Counted from the first letter of the stretch, positions 35,801-49,996 are shown. The stretch: 64,000 nucleotides of DNA from Octopus vulgaris (GCA_951406725.2 OX597832.1:56978001-57042000), one strand, 5' to 3'. Notes: generated by a model from the sequence alone, not told the origin. Program-made: numbers and translations.

Positions 35801-36931
35801 ATAATCTAGAGATAAACAAGTTCTTGCACACGACTGGAAACAGAACAAGAGTTTCTCCATGCAGTTCCTCAGTCAATACTTCATCCTACGCCTGATGCCC
35901 AACCACAGGTAGGTGGTGTGGTGTGGTGTGGTGCAATGTGGTGTCGATCATTCACTATCCAAGGTCAACGTGTGGGCTTGACAGATCCAGAAAGGCTGGA
36001 ACCATTATCACAATAGTTCAAATCAAGATTCCACTAACTTTAGGCCCTAAAAATCCTGCCCATTAATCTGTCTCCAAGATACATCAGGGAATACCAACAC
36101 GAAGACTACCATTATTCTTGACACATGATCATCTGTCAGCTGCTGTGATTCTGCGACAATTATTTTCCAGTCGCAATCAATTGATGCTAACATGAAATTC
36201 TACTTTAATTCCTGCTGGTAGACAACAGGAATATGTCAATACTTGCCAAAAGGAGCACGAAAACTAGTAAAAATTCAATAAACTTTTCCATTCCAACTTG
36301 TATTTTTATCTCTTTTATTACCATAATTCTACTGAAATTCTACTGCCTTTGTTTCACTTAATTTCAATAATAATATAGAATTCAGTAAAATGTCTATCAT
36401 TATTAAGCTGCAATTTGGAATATAAATTAATACAGAATTTTAATGGAAGGTTTTAATTTTGATTATTATAATTTTCAAACAGGAAATTTGTATCTTAGAA
36501 CCAGAGGTGGTCTCATGCGGGTTGGCATCAAATGGGTTAATATTTGCAAATGCTTTGTTGATTTGTAAACTCCATACAAATGCATGCATGCATGCATACA
36601 TCAACACACAGGCACACGCATACACACACATACGTGCATTCATACAAAATGGTGAATGCTTTGGTGATGAATAAATAGATAAATATGTGACCTATTTTCC
36701 AAAATTATATGGCAACCGATCATATTGTGATGTAATTTCAAATATATTTTTGCTTATACACCATCACATTTTTTATCATTCATTGACAGTTTGAACTTTC
36801 AGTTTTGTGTATTTGAACAGGTGGAAGAGTATATAATTGAACGTGGAGTACCATACTAATTTTCATGAAGCACTCACCATATTGTATAGTCATCATTAAT
36901 AATTTAATATTTATCATTACTATTATTATTA

Positions 36932-37323
36932 CTAGCAGTATCACCCGGCGTTGCTCGGGTTTGTTTCGACCCTTTAGAATTGGAATTTTTGAAAAGTAAA
37001 AGTTTTACATTATGTAGCTAGTTATTCTCTTTAAGTGAACATTTTTCTGGTTGAAATACACCGAAAAATGGTGACACAACAGTAAAAAAATCGTAAAAAA
37101 TAGGGATTTTCATAGAAAAAAAGCACCTTTTTGATGTAGATAATTTTTGGTGTTAACATGGTCCGATCTGAATATTTTCTTCTACGGAAGGAAGAGCAAT
37201 CCTTCTTCTATCATACTTTCAATTTTGGTCAACTTGCACCGCAGTCTCTCGGAGGAGATAGTGTTAGTTGAAGGCTACCAAACCTACCATACAAAGATAA
37301 CTTCAGCTTTGTATATAGAGAGA
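36932..37323 (-). mobile_element. Non-autonomous Helitron
   Basis: Minus strand starts TC(tctctatatac...) and ends with the hairpin cccgagcaacgccggg + tgatactg + CTAG; inserted between A and T. Confidence 0.75.
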
Positions 37324-37399
37324 TTAGGATGGTAAGCAGGTACACTTATTAGCATAGCTTGCCACCCTAACAATGAGACGGTTGGATAATATCCACAGA

Positions 37400-37963
37400 T
37401 GCAGCATAGCTGTGTGGTAAGAAGCTTGCTTCCCAGCCACATGGCTCCAGGTTCAATACCGCCATATGGCACTTTCGGCAAGTGACTTCTACCATAACCT
37501 CAGGCTGATCAAAGCCTTGTGAGTGGATTTTTTAGATGGAAACTAAAAGAAGCCTGTTGTATGTGTATATACTTTTACTCTTGTACATATTTCAGTCATT
37601 TGACACTGGTCATACTGGAGCACTGCCTTTAATCGAGCAAATTGACTCCAGGACTTATTCTTTGTAAGCCTAGTACTTATTCTATCGGCCTCTTTTGCTG
37701 AACCGCTAAGTTACGGGGACGTAAACACACCAGCATCAATTGTCAAGCAATGTTGGGGAGACAAACACAGACACACACACACATAAATATATATATATAT
37801 ATATATATACGACAGGCTTCTTTCAGTTTCCATCTACTAAACCCACACACAAGGCTTTGGTCGGCCCAAAGCTATAGTAGAAGACACTTGCCCAAGGTGC
37901 CACAGAGTGGGAGTGAATCCGGAACCATGTGGTTCATAAGCAAGCTACTTACCACACAGCCAC

Positions 37964-38009
<46 letters not shown>

Positions 38010-38235
38010 GTGTCTGTGTGTGTGTGTGCTTGTCTTCCACCACCGTTTGACAACCAGTGTCGGTGTGCTTATGTCCCCACAGCTTAGCAGTTCAGCAAAA
38101 GAGACTGATAGAATAAGTACCAGGCATTAAAGGGGTAAAAAGCACTGGGGTTGATTCATTCAACTAAACAAAAAAATTCTTCAAGGTGCTGCCCCAGCAT
38201 GGCCACAGTCTAATGGCTGAAACAAGATAAAAGAT
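37400..38235 (+). mobile_element. SINE family A (older), split by an inverted younger copy
   Basis: Head 37400-37565; tail 38010-38235. Confidence 0.75.
37573..37963 (-). mobile_element. SINE family A
   Basis: Reverse complement of the consensus. Confidence 0.88.
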
Positions 38236-38819
38236 GAAAAAAAAAAAAATAAACATACATGTGCACAAACAACATATATGAATATATATAAGCAACAGGC
38301 TTCCTCACAGTTTCCATCTCCGAAATTTCAGTGTTTAGCAAATGAGAAGCCACAACATGCCAGACCGGCTGGTCGGTAGGTTTGCACCCAAAAACACACG
38401 GTTGCAAAGCTAACTTTGTAACCATACAACCATTCAACCCATCAACTCGTACACAAGCCCACACACTTGTACTTGAATACATATATCCGTTTTATCTAGG
38501 TGAGTTTCCGACTTCAAAGCGAATTTTATGGAGAACGCAAACATGCTGTATTCTTTTTTCTTTTTTTTCTCCTATTAGTTTCCTATTCTGCTTCTTGAAT
38601 TCAAAAATTCTTTTCTATCTCACTTTGCTGATGATATCTCAGTAATTTTGTGTTATTTCGGTATTTTCAATATGTTTTATCAAAGGTTTATTACAGAGCT
38701 TTTTTTTTTAAGTATTTATTTGTGAATGCATAGATCTCTGTGGGGAGGAGAGAGGCATTTAATCTGATGTGAGGATGGTGTTCTCCATTTTGAGCAGCTG
38801 GAGGTGTAATACCTAGCAC

Positions 38820-38821
38820 TA

Positions 38822-38889
<68 letters not shown>

Positions 38890-38942
38890 TAACAATAACA
38901 ATAATAATAAAAAAAACAATAATAATAATAATAATAATAATA

Positions 38943-38979
<37 letters not shown>

Positions 38980-39032
38980 TAATAATAATAATAATAATAA
39001 TAATAGTAATAGTAATAATAATAATAATAATA
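38820..39032. repeat. (AAT)n microsatellite
   Basis: Direct reading. Confidence 0.95.
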
Positions 39033-39467
39033 TACAACCTACACAAAACAACCCACAAACACAAGACATTCTATATAGCACTTATCCAGTGAAATAAAAT
39101 TCCACCAGCAAGCTAGATAACCAATGCATTGCACACTTGACACACAATACAAGCAGTAAAACAACAAAAGACTGCATCACACCTCAAGAGGATAAAAAAC
39201 ATCTTAACACAATAGAGTACCTGGAAAAGTTTCACAATGCTGCACACACCCTAGCAACATGGAGATGTAAGCAGGTGATGCAGTAGAAATTTGCCCCAAT
39301 CTACCAAATGTTGAACATTTATATGATGATGATGATGATGATGATAATTTCTATTTGCGATGTTATTTTCAAGAACACTATAGTATACGTGAACCAACAA
39401 TGGAACCTCTACATGGTTGCAAAAACATGCTAAAACAGCAGCCAAATATTTCAAACTAGCTTCTTAA

Positions 39468-39674
39468 TCCTTTTGATACCAACCGTTCTTTGTTCTATGG
39501 TGCCAGTTTCCTGTCTCAAAGAGATATGAATCTAGACCTTCCCAAAAATAAGGTTTTATGCTCTAAACACAAGCTTAATTATACAATGTTATTTCGATAA
39601 CATGTTTTGTTATTTACAACATTAATTGAATGCAAAAGGAATGTTTTGCAACAGAAATGTTGTTGACAAAAGGG
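39468..39674. mobile_element. piggyBac-type MITE (TTAA TSD)
   Basis: ttaa-tccttttgatacca ... gttgacaaaaggg-ttaa; related copies at 53713, 63413, ~17315 and ~36540. Confidence 0.6.
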
Positions 39675-40239
39675 TTAAACAAGGAAAGAATGCATTAAAT
39701 AATGCAGGCTTTACTGCACACCAATACAAAGATGGGATGGTCATGGTTGACTTGGAACTTGTCATGGTTGACTTGGAACTTGGAGCTAAAGAATGAGAAC
39801 AATTGCCATATATGCTTTAGATTTTCTTAAAACACAATGAGTAATTAACTAATTAGTTATGAGTAACTGGGTAACTCTGTGAAAGCGAGTCTCAAGCCAG
39901 GTTGAGAAAGGAGGAGGGCGGTAGGCAAAAGGTTAGCAACCCTGTACTATCAATTTATTACATTACTATGGAAACACCAATGGCTGGGAACATGGAATGC
40001 CAGGGCCATGTTCCAAGCTGGACCCCTAGAGACACAAAAGTACAATAGACCAAAAACAGGGAAAAGACCCACAGAAACTGAAGTACTGGCAGGTGGTCAC
40101 ACCCAGGAACAACTGTAATTTATTGCCAAAGATCAAGACAGATGGAGATCTTTTGTTGGGGCCCCATAGTTGGTTTGGGGCCAAAGAAATTAAAAAAACC
40201 GCTAACTCAGGAATGTTTTCATTATGAATTACATTTCCA

Positions 40240-40540
40240 TCATCATCATCGTTGTCATTATTTAACACGTTTTTTTATGCTGGCATGGGTTGGATGGGTT
40301 GACAGGAACTGGCAAGCCAGGGAGCTGCACCAGACTCCTATCATCTGTTTTGTCATGGTTTTTACAGCTGGATGCCCTTCCTCATGCCAACCACTTTACA
40401 GTGTGTACTGGGTGCTTTATACGTGGCACAAGCATTGGTGCTTTAAGCCTGGATCCAGCAGGGGTGCTTTATGTATGGCACCAACATATGTACACTTTTA
40501 TGAGACACCAGCACAGGTGCTTTTTATGTGACACCAACAC
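40240..40540 (-). mobile_element. Repeat family C
   Basis: atgctggcatgggttgg...cagctggatgcccttcc. Confidence 0.75.
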
Positions 40541-41194
40541 ACAGTAATAATATATATATGTATATATATATATATACATATATATATATAAGAAAAGAAG
40601 ATGAATAATTGTTGAACTGACAAACTTTTGAAAACACTTTAAAATGTTGTTAATTAACTGTGTATTCCTTAACTCGTTAATAACTATTTCAAACAATTTC
40701 TTTCTCAGCATTATTGAAATACAACAAAACTAATACTTTTCCATTCACAGTTGTACATTTACAGACTCATTTATCAAATTTGATAATGAATCTTGTCATA
40801 CACACATTGTGAAAACTAAACAAGATTTTTCCATTTAAACTAGTTTCACTCGGCTTTAATATTCAGAATAAAAAAAGTTTATCTGAAAAGCAACACAGAC
40901 ACCCAAAAGGAAGTCACATGATGAGGCAAGTCTGTGAATCTAGACATAAATATTTGTGTTCTGTAATTATTGTTTACAGCTGCATGTTAATAGCAAAGAT
41001 GGATAAAGGAAACCCATCAATATTCTTTCAATGGTTTATTCAGAAAGAAACACATTGCCTTCTGACCTTCTTCAGTGCCAGAAGTTGAGTTCATGTAACT
41101 TTGGAGATGCTACGGTTCTTCATTGTATGAGTTCACAAGCAAGAACAATGATACAAGAAGAACCAAGGTTACTTAGAGTTACATATATACGTAC

Positions 41195-41413
41195 TCTTTT
41201 TACTCTTTTACTCTTTTACTGGTTTCAGTCATATGACTGCGGCCATGCTGGAGCACCGCCTTTAATCGAGCAACTCAACCCCGGGACTTATTCTTTGTAA
41301 GCCCAGTACTTATTCTATCGGTCTCTTTTGCCAAACCGCTAAGTGATGGGGACATAAACACACCAGCATCGGTTGTCAAGCAATGCTAGGGGGACAAACA
41401 CAGACACACAAAC

Positions 41414-41444
<31 letters not shown>

Positions 41445-41592
41445 TACGACGGGCTTCTTTCAGTTTCCGTCTACCAAATCCACTCACAAGGCATTGGTCG
41501 GCCCGAGGCTATAGTAGAAGACACTTGTCCAAGGTGCCACGCAGTAGGACTGAACCCAGAACCATGTGGTTGGTAAACAAGCTACTTACCAC
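41195..41592 (-). mobile_element. SINE family A, young
   Basis: Reverse complement of the consensus, CpGs retained. Confidence 0.9.
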
Positions 41593-41610
41593 ACACATAT
41601 ATATATATAT

Positions 41611-41875
41611 ATTATAATTGAGGGTGTCTAAAAGATACCACCATGCTAGAGATAGCAGTCAAAACTTGACTCTAAAACCACATCAATGTGTTCATAGAGC
41701 ACCAGGAGAAAAGACAAATAGACAAAAAGATAAACTAGCAAAACATTATTTTTACTAGTTTATTTGTCTCTTTGTTTTCTCCTGGTGCTGTATGAATACT
41801 TGATGTGGTTTTAGAGTCATGTTTTGACTGCTATCTCTAGCATGGTGGTATCTTTTAGATACCCTCAATTATAAT
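41611..41875. repeat. Palindrome with ~120-bp arms
   Basis: attataattgagggtgtctaaaagataccaccatgctagagatagcagtcaaaac... and its reverse complement ending ccctcaattataat. Confidence 0.9.
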
Positions 41876-42162
41876 TTTAATAATAATTATTATCCATAAG
41901 GTTTTTATTCCCATACTGGCCACTTAATATTACCAGTATTTTAAATAATGATCATATCCCGGTGCCTAGAGTAGAAAAGAATAATGATATACACACATTT
42001 CAATGTATGTGTAACTTAAAAGACAAGTTACAGATTTGCATGTGGTTGGTTGTCTATAAAATAATCATTCTCACCGATTTCAAATGAAATGTTCACATCT
42101 GGTGATCAGCTAACCTCAACAAGTACAGACATACAAATATGAGTATGTGTGTGTAAAGATGT

Positions 42163-42193
<31 letters not shown>

Positions 42194-42729
42194 TGTGTTT
42201 ATGCATGTGTTTAAGTATGTGTTTCTGTATTCTCGTGTGTGCAAACATATGTGTGAATTATGTATGTAAGTATGTAGATGCTAAAGTTTTCTTATATTTA
42301 TCTTGAGAATATTAATTTAAAATTTAATGTGTCTAAGAACTATCATAAATATGCTTGTCCTGTTATTTAGATATTAATAACGTGGAATAATGCACTGTTT
42401 TTCAAGAGCCATTTCCCACGAGACCTCAAACACCGAGTGATTTATAGTTTTATTACATATTTGTAAACCAAGATCAAACCACCCCACCACTCTCTACATA
42501 TTATTATGCAAATATTATAGGTATAATTATATTTACTCACACACAAAATATGCATACATATATTTATATTTATATATATATATTTATAACAAATAATTTG
42601 GACAAACAAGTATAATTCAATTAGTGTGTTTAAATGTTGAGTATAGTACTGGCACAGTTTAGGCTATCTGTTGTCATCTGCATTTGTGGTACACTTCCGT
42701 TGATCTACATCAGGAACTTCTTTATCAAT

Positions 42730-42774
42730 GTACCTGAAGAGAACCAGACTGATGCATTGAAACATATGTTGTAC
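42730..42774 (+). ncRNA. Minimal hammerhead motif (stem II decayed)
   Basis: GTAC CTGAAGA GAA..TT GAA ACATATGT T GTAC, followed by AATAAA. Confidence 0.5.
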
Positions 42775-42825
42775 CTAATAAAAGTCTAATACAAAATCCA
42801 TGTCCTACTATTAATTAATACTATC

Positions 42826-42872
<47 letters not shown>

Positions 42873-42938
42873 ATAAATATAGATATATATATATATATAT
42901 ATATACTTTATTTAAAAGCAGCAGAAATTCAACAAAAC

Positions 42939-42976
42939 CTGTTACTCGAAGTTTCATGTTCCTGTTCGTCGGACAG
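42939..42976 (-). ncRNA. Minimal hammerhead-like motif (variant core) in a Penelope-like pLTR fragment (42905-43065)
   Basis: Minus strand: CTGT CCGACGA ACAGGAACAT GAA ACTTCGAGT A ACAG; adjacent 42987-43050 matches 19066-19135 next to the PLE RT. Confidence 0.45.
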
Positions 42977-43061
42977 TTTTTGTTAAATAAAGCATATTAC
43001 TCTACCCCTGGTATTTGAGTACTCTTTTTTCCACCTTGTTTCACATTTATGTGTTTACTCC

Positions 43062-43134
<73 letters not shown>

Positions 43135-43200
43135 ATATATATATAGATATATATGTGTGTGTATATATATACACACACACACACGGACATATATACATAT

Positions 43201-43500
43201 GGAGGCACATGGCCAAGTGGTTAGAGTAGTGGACTTGCAGTTGAGGGATCGCATGTTCGAATCTCAGACCAGGCGATGTGTGTGTTTATGAGCGAAACAC
43301 CTAAGCTCCATGCAGCTCCGGCAGAAGGTAATGGCAAACTTCTGCTGACTATTTCGCCACAACTTTCTCTCACTCTTTCCTTCTGCATCTCACTTACGAC
43401 GGACCGGCATTCCATCCAGATGGGGAACCTATATGCCTAAGAAACCAGGAAACCGGCTCTATGACCCAGGCATGGCTCAAGAAGGAACAGACAACAACAA
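43201..43500 (+). mobile_element. SINE family D
   Basis: Homologous to 10519-10820. Confidence 0.85.
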
Positions 43501-43559
43501 CAATACATATGTATGCACATATATATGTATATATATATATATATGTCTCAGGCATCAGT

Positions 43560-43725
43560 GACGTTATAACTCATTTCTACATTTCTACAACTGAGTGAAT
43601 TGAAGCAATGTGAAATAAAGTGTCTTGCTCAAGAACACAACACGCAGCCCAGTCCAGGATTCAAACTCACAACCTCACGATCATAAGCTCAACGCTCTAA
43701 CCACTGAGCCATGCGCCTTCACAGA
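43560..43725 (-). mobile_element. tRNA-derived SINE (family D-like head)
   Basis: ggattcaaactc...ctctaaccactgagccatgcgcc. Confidence 0.7.
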
Positions 43726-44384
43726 TACACACATATTCACACATATACACACATATACATACATGCATACATACATATATGCTCATATAATATAAAACTG
43801 ACAAAAAATTACTATTTCCCCCAAAACATTTTTATACATTCTGAAAACGAAAATAAAAAAAAAATAATATAAATAAATGAATAAAAAGTTTAAAAAAATA
43901 ACGCAATGCCAAAATAGTAAAAAACGAACGATTAAAGGTAACTATTTAGCTCTAATGAAGAGTTCTACTAAATTTAAAATTGAGACAAAATTTCAAATAA
44001 ACCTGATGAACCAGGAGACATCAAAAACTAGTCTATGGATTATGTCTTTGGTCTCATTTCATTACATGGCGGTGGGGACTGTCCATTTTTTTTTTTAGGT
44101 TTTGGGTTTTTTTTTTTGTTATGTTTTGTTGTATATATAAATATTTTTGTTTCCAAGACTACCACTCAGCTCCACTTAAACTGACACGTGTCATGTTGAA
44201 ATAAATAAATGGAGAAATGAAAAGTGGGGTTTCTAGCCTGAACTTAAAGTGCATTGAGGTCAAACCCTGAAGAGGTACACTTCATCCTGAAGGGCACCGT
44301 TTTTTTTAGGGAGTTCCTTTTTTTTTGTTTTTTTAATTAATACACTCATTAACCACTGTCGAAAATTTTATTAGTTTATATGTC

Positions 44385-44551
44385 CAGATATAGCTGTGTG
44401 GTTAAGAAACTTGCTTTGCAATTGGGTGGTGATGAGTTGGGGTTCAGTCCCACTGTGTGACAACCTTGGCGTGGGTGTCTTCTATAATGGCCCCTAAAGC
44501 CAGCCAAAGCCCTGTGAGTGGATTTGGTAAATCGAAACTGCATGGAAACCT

Positions 44552-44555
<4 letters not shown>
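44385..44555 (+). mobile_element. SINE family A, 5' part
   Basis: gggttcagtcccactg...gtgagtggatttggta. Confidence 0.7.
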
Positions 44556-44594
<39 letters not shown>

Positions 44595-45311
44595 TTTAAA
44601 ATGTTACGGAAATTAGTAAAATAAAATCGTAATATTAATGCTTTAGTATTTAAACTGACCATATGTTGCCCAAATTTTCTACCTTTTTATATTTACTCAG
44701 GCCAGATCCGGCTTCTCACACCTACCTTACAATGTCATTCTAAAGATAAACAACCACATCATTGAAATCTCAAAGCTACAAGATAAGGTGTGATTAATTC
44801 AAAACAACCTGATTAAATATGCATTACATTTGACAGAGTAATCTGAATGATAAAAGGCTAAACTGATGTTTGGAACTACCATGGAATTTTGATAGAATGC
44901 TTAAATTTACATCACTTGAAAGGACAAAATTTCTGTCATAGAATCAGGGATGGTCTCAGAGAAGCTGGTATCAAAAGGGTTTAAATCTGGATTTCAAAAG
45001 GGTTTAGATTCAAACTAAAATCCTAAACTACTAGACATGAACCGATCGAAATATGGAATACGATAAAATTGTATCAAAAACTTGAGAGGATTTTGTTTGT
45101 AAATCTATAGAATTCCTGAATGTCTGGTGTTGTCTAAGAAGATAATTTCGAGATGTACTTCTGGTCATAGCAACCAGCGTCTTTAGTGAGAGAGATTTGA
45201 TTCTGCAAACATTCTGTTTCAATGCAAGAAACCACATTAAACACACATGTATGGATTCATTTACAAACATATAAAAACCACACACACTTGTATAGGCACA
45301 CACCCCACTAT

Positions 45312-45356
<45 letters not shown>

Positions 45357-45402
45357 ATACACATATATATATTACAGATATAAATTATATTGCTCTCTCT
45401 CT

Positions 45403-45464
<62 letters not shown>

Positions 45465-45498
45465 CACATATATATATTACAGATATAAATTATATCCG

Positions 45499-45554
<56 letters not shown>

Positions 45555-45904
45555 CATGCACACACATATACACACACATATACAGACACACACACACACA
45601 TAACACGAAAGCATACATATGTGCATGTACTTATACACGCTCAAGTGCACAAATATTCGCAAGCAAACAGATAATAAAATGGTGAAAAAACAAGAAAGAA
45701 AGAAAGAAAGAAAGGAGAAAAAAAGAAAGGAGGAAGAAAATATGCTTTATGAGAAAGCTATAAGGAAGTGGAGAACGGCAGTGGCGGCGGCAGTGATGGT
45801 GGTGTTGGTGTTGGTGGGTACATTTTATGAATTTTTGATATGATGTGAACAAATTGGCTGGAGATGGAAAGCTAAAAATAGGGGTGGAGGTGGAAGCTGG
45901 AAAG

Positions 45905-45952
<48 letters not shown>

Positions 45953-46334
45953 AATTGGTAAGAGAGAAAAAAATAGATGATATAATGAAAAATATAGGGA
46001 AGAGGATAAAAATAAAATAAGGTAAGATATATTGATTGTGACAGAATATAAAAATCAGTGAGGTTTTATACCTATACCAAATGGTGAAGTCTTGTTTGTT
46101 GCTTTACGTTTTCTTTTTTTTTTTTTGTTTGTTTTTCTTTTGTTTTATTTCATTTATCCTTTTTTTTTCTTGTTATTTTTCTCGATATCCTTCGCCATCC
46201 CCCCACCTTTCGTCCCCAGTTGTTGATTCCTTAAAGCATTCCAGGAAGTCTTCTTTATAAAGTAATAGACAAACACAACATCTTTATTGCCAATGCCATT
46301 TACTGTTGTTATGGCAACCTCTACTGCAGCTGCT

Positions 46335-46427
46335 TTTGATGATGAAGATGATGATTGTGATAATGATAATGATGATGATGATGACGATGGCGATGATGAT
46401 GGTCGAGAAAGATAATGACGATGATGG

Positions 46428-46459
<32 letters not shown>

Positions 46460-47100
46460 GTGATGGCAATGATGCTGGTAGCTGTGTGATGATAATGATG
46501 ATGATGATGATGATGATAAAGATGATGACGATGGCGATGATGATGATGGTCGAGAAAGATAATGTCAATGATGGTGATGATGATGATGATGATGATGGTG
46601 ATGGCAATGATGCTTGTAGCTGTGTGATGATGATGATGACGATGGCAATGGCGATGATGATGATGGTTGTGTAAGATAATAACTATGATGGTTATGATGA
46701 TGATAATGATGGTGAGGGCAATGATGCTGGTAGCTGTGTGATGATGATGATGATAATGATGATGATGATGATGGTTGCTGTGATAATGATGATGATAGCG
46801 GTATTGATGACGATGAAAGCCGTGATGATGATGAGGAGAAGGAGGATAGCTGTGATGATGATGACGATAAGCTGTGATGTTGATGATAATGATGATAACG
46901 GTGACGATATAGATGATGACGATGACGACAGCAACAGCTGTGATGATGATGATCGTGGTAGCTGTGATCATAATGACAGTATCTGTGATGATGATGATGA
47001 TGATGATGACGATGATGAAGATGATGATGATATATGACAACGACGATGATGGTGATGGCGATAGCTGCAATGATGACGACGATGATTACAATAATGAAGA
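46335..47100. repeat. (GAT)n-derived complex repeat with ~130-bp higher-order units
   Basis: ggtcgagaaagataatg and ggcaatgatgctggtagctgtgtg recur. Confidence 0.9.
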
Positions 47101-47107
47101 GGAAGAC

Positions 47108-47258
47108 GAAGAAGAAGAAGAAGAAGAAGAAGAAGAAGAAGAAGAAGAAGAAGAAGAAGAAGAAGAAGAAGAAGAAGAAGAAGAAGAAGAAGAAGAAGAA
47201 GAAGAAGAAGAAGAAGAAGAAGAAGAAGAAGAAGAAGAAGAAGAAGAAGAAGAAGAAG
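47108..47258. repeat. Perfect (GAA)n, ~50 units
   Basis: Direct reading. Confidence 0.97.
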
Positions 47259-47490
47259 AGGAGGATATCTATATAGCTGTTGGAACTTATTCACATTTTC
47301 CTGCTTTTTCCTTTCTTTTATTTCTGGGCAATGTTCTATCTACCATTAACAGAGTTTAAAACCAACTAATGCTTCCCAGTTTTCTTTACTGTCATATATA
47401 AACATTATATATAATGTTCTTTTCCCTTATATATAATGTTATAACTTTCTTTAATCTAATACATACATACATACATACATATATATATAA

Positions 47491-47544
<54 letters not shown>

Positions 47545-47781
47545 ATATATTGATATATATATGTATGTAAGTATGTATATATGTATGTATGTGTGTATGT
47601 ATATCAACTAATATGAACATATTTCAATTGTTTTATCAGATGTTTTAAAGCAGCAGAATATTTAAAAGAGAAGAGGGAAGGAGCAGAAAAATGATGCGAT
47701 GCGTTAAAATACTCCATCTTGCAGTGCAAAAAGACCAATTATGTTAATTATACTATACAGCAGAAATATATTGATAATACA

Positions 47782-48560
<779 letters not shown>

Positions 48561-48596
48561 TATATACATATATATATACATATATATATATATATA

Positions 48597-48705
48597 CATA
48601 TCATGTTGAAAGCACCGGTTCTTGTCCGATCACCGAAGTCAAGCAACGTCGAGCCTAGTTAGTACTTAGATGGGTGACCGCTTGGGAAACCTAAGTGCAG
48701 TAAGT
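48597..48705 (+). pseudogene. 5S rRNA-derived sequence, 5' truncated (pseudogene or SINE3 head)
   Basis: catatcatgttgaaagcaccggttcttgtccgatcaccgaagtcaagcaacgtcgagcctagttagtacttagatgggtgaccgcttgggaa is invertebrate 5S rRNA with box A and box C; no T-run terminator. Confidence 0.9.
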
Positions 48706-48716
48706 GTCACACATTG

Positions 48717-48880
48717 CTACACTCTCGGAGTGGTTTTCGTTAGGAAGGGCATCCAGCTGTAGAAACTCTACCAGATCAAGATTGAAGTCTGGTGCAGCCA
48801 TCTGGTTCGCCAGACCTCAGTCATTTGTCCAACCCATGCTAGCATGGAAAGCAGACGTTAAACGATGATTATGATGATGA
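48717..48880 (+). mobile_element. Family C RTE-type tail fused to the 5S copy
   Basis: ctacactctcggagtggtt..ttaggaagggcatccagctgtagaaac...gacgttaaacgatgat. Confidence 0.85.
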
Positions 48881-48976
48881 GATATATATATATATATATA
48901 TATCATTCAAAACAAATTTAAGAAAATGGAGATATAACATTTAATAGAAATTTATTATCTGCAAAAATCCAACATA

Positions 48977-49062
48977 GTATCTTACAGCTGTTTCAATTAA
49001 GCCTAAAGATTAAAATAACAATTAGTAAATCATCATATTAGGCAAAATCTCATCAGAGGGGT
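48977..49062 (-). ncRNA. Hammerhead motif with long stem II
   Basis: Minus strand: CT CTGATGA GATT..GCCTAA...TTAGGC..AATT GAA ACAGCTGT A AG. Core intact, palindromic stem III, GUA site, but stem I is only 2 bp. Confidence 0.55.
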
Positions 49063-49732
49063 AGAAAAAAGATATACCATTAGGTTGTTAGGCATTGTAT
49101 TTTAGAATTACTATCCCTTAATGAGGCTAGTTTAACCTCTAATTTAATACATACACACACGATGTGTGTGTGTGTGTGTCTGTGTGTGTAAAAGAGCATC
49201 ACTGTCATACAAACTATGTCTGTCCATAGGGAAATATTATTTTGTTTGTAAACAGGTAAGTGTTGGTGACAGGAAAGGCAATCCACCATATAAGATCTGC
49301 CTCAATAGATTCCTTCCAATGCATGCAAGCATGGAAAAGTGGACATTAAACCAATGATGATGACGTAGGTGTTCACAAGGACTCAGTCCGCATCCCCTTC
49401 CTGTTATAATTTTCCAAAGTGGAACTAAAGTGTTTAAGACTACCAGACATCCATTGAAGCTGTTGTACATTAATGACATAATTTTCATATCTTGAATTTG
49501 TTGAAGAATTAGAGAAGACATTCGAAACATGGAAACAAAAGCCTAAAATGAAAAGGCCATCAAAGAAATCTAACAAAGACAGAAGTTCTAGTGAACAGGA
49601 AATAAGACAGGACACATGCTGCCATCTGGCGAGTGACCATGTTCGATATGTGAGAACAGAGTAGATTAGAAAATCCATATTATGTATTCAATGTAAACTC
49701 TGGATGTATAAGAGATATTGTCAAGTCATAAA

Positions 49733-49905
49733 CAGACGTAGGATTGGCTGTGTGGTAAGTAGCTTGCTTACGCACCACATGATTGCGGGTTCAATCCCAC
49801 TGCGTGGCACCTTAGAAAAGTGTCTTCTACTATAGCCTCGGGACCACCAAAGCCTTGTAAGTAGATTTGGTAGACGGAAACTGAAAGAAGCCCATCGTAT
49901 ATATG

Positions 49906-49996
<91 letters not shown>

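Noticed and set aside
39741-39781. 21-bp tandem duplication tcatggttgacttggaactt
   Set aside because: Real but an ordinary slippage duplication with no further structure
48597-48705. Functional 5S rRNA gene
   Set aside because: First ~9 nt missing, 3' stem diverged, no T-run terminator, not in a tandem array
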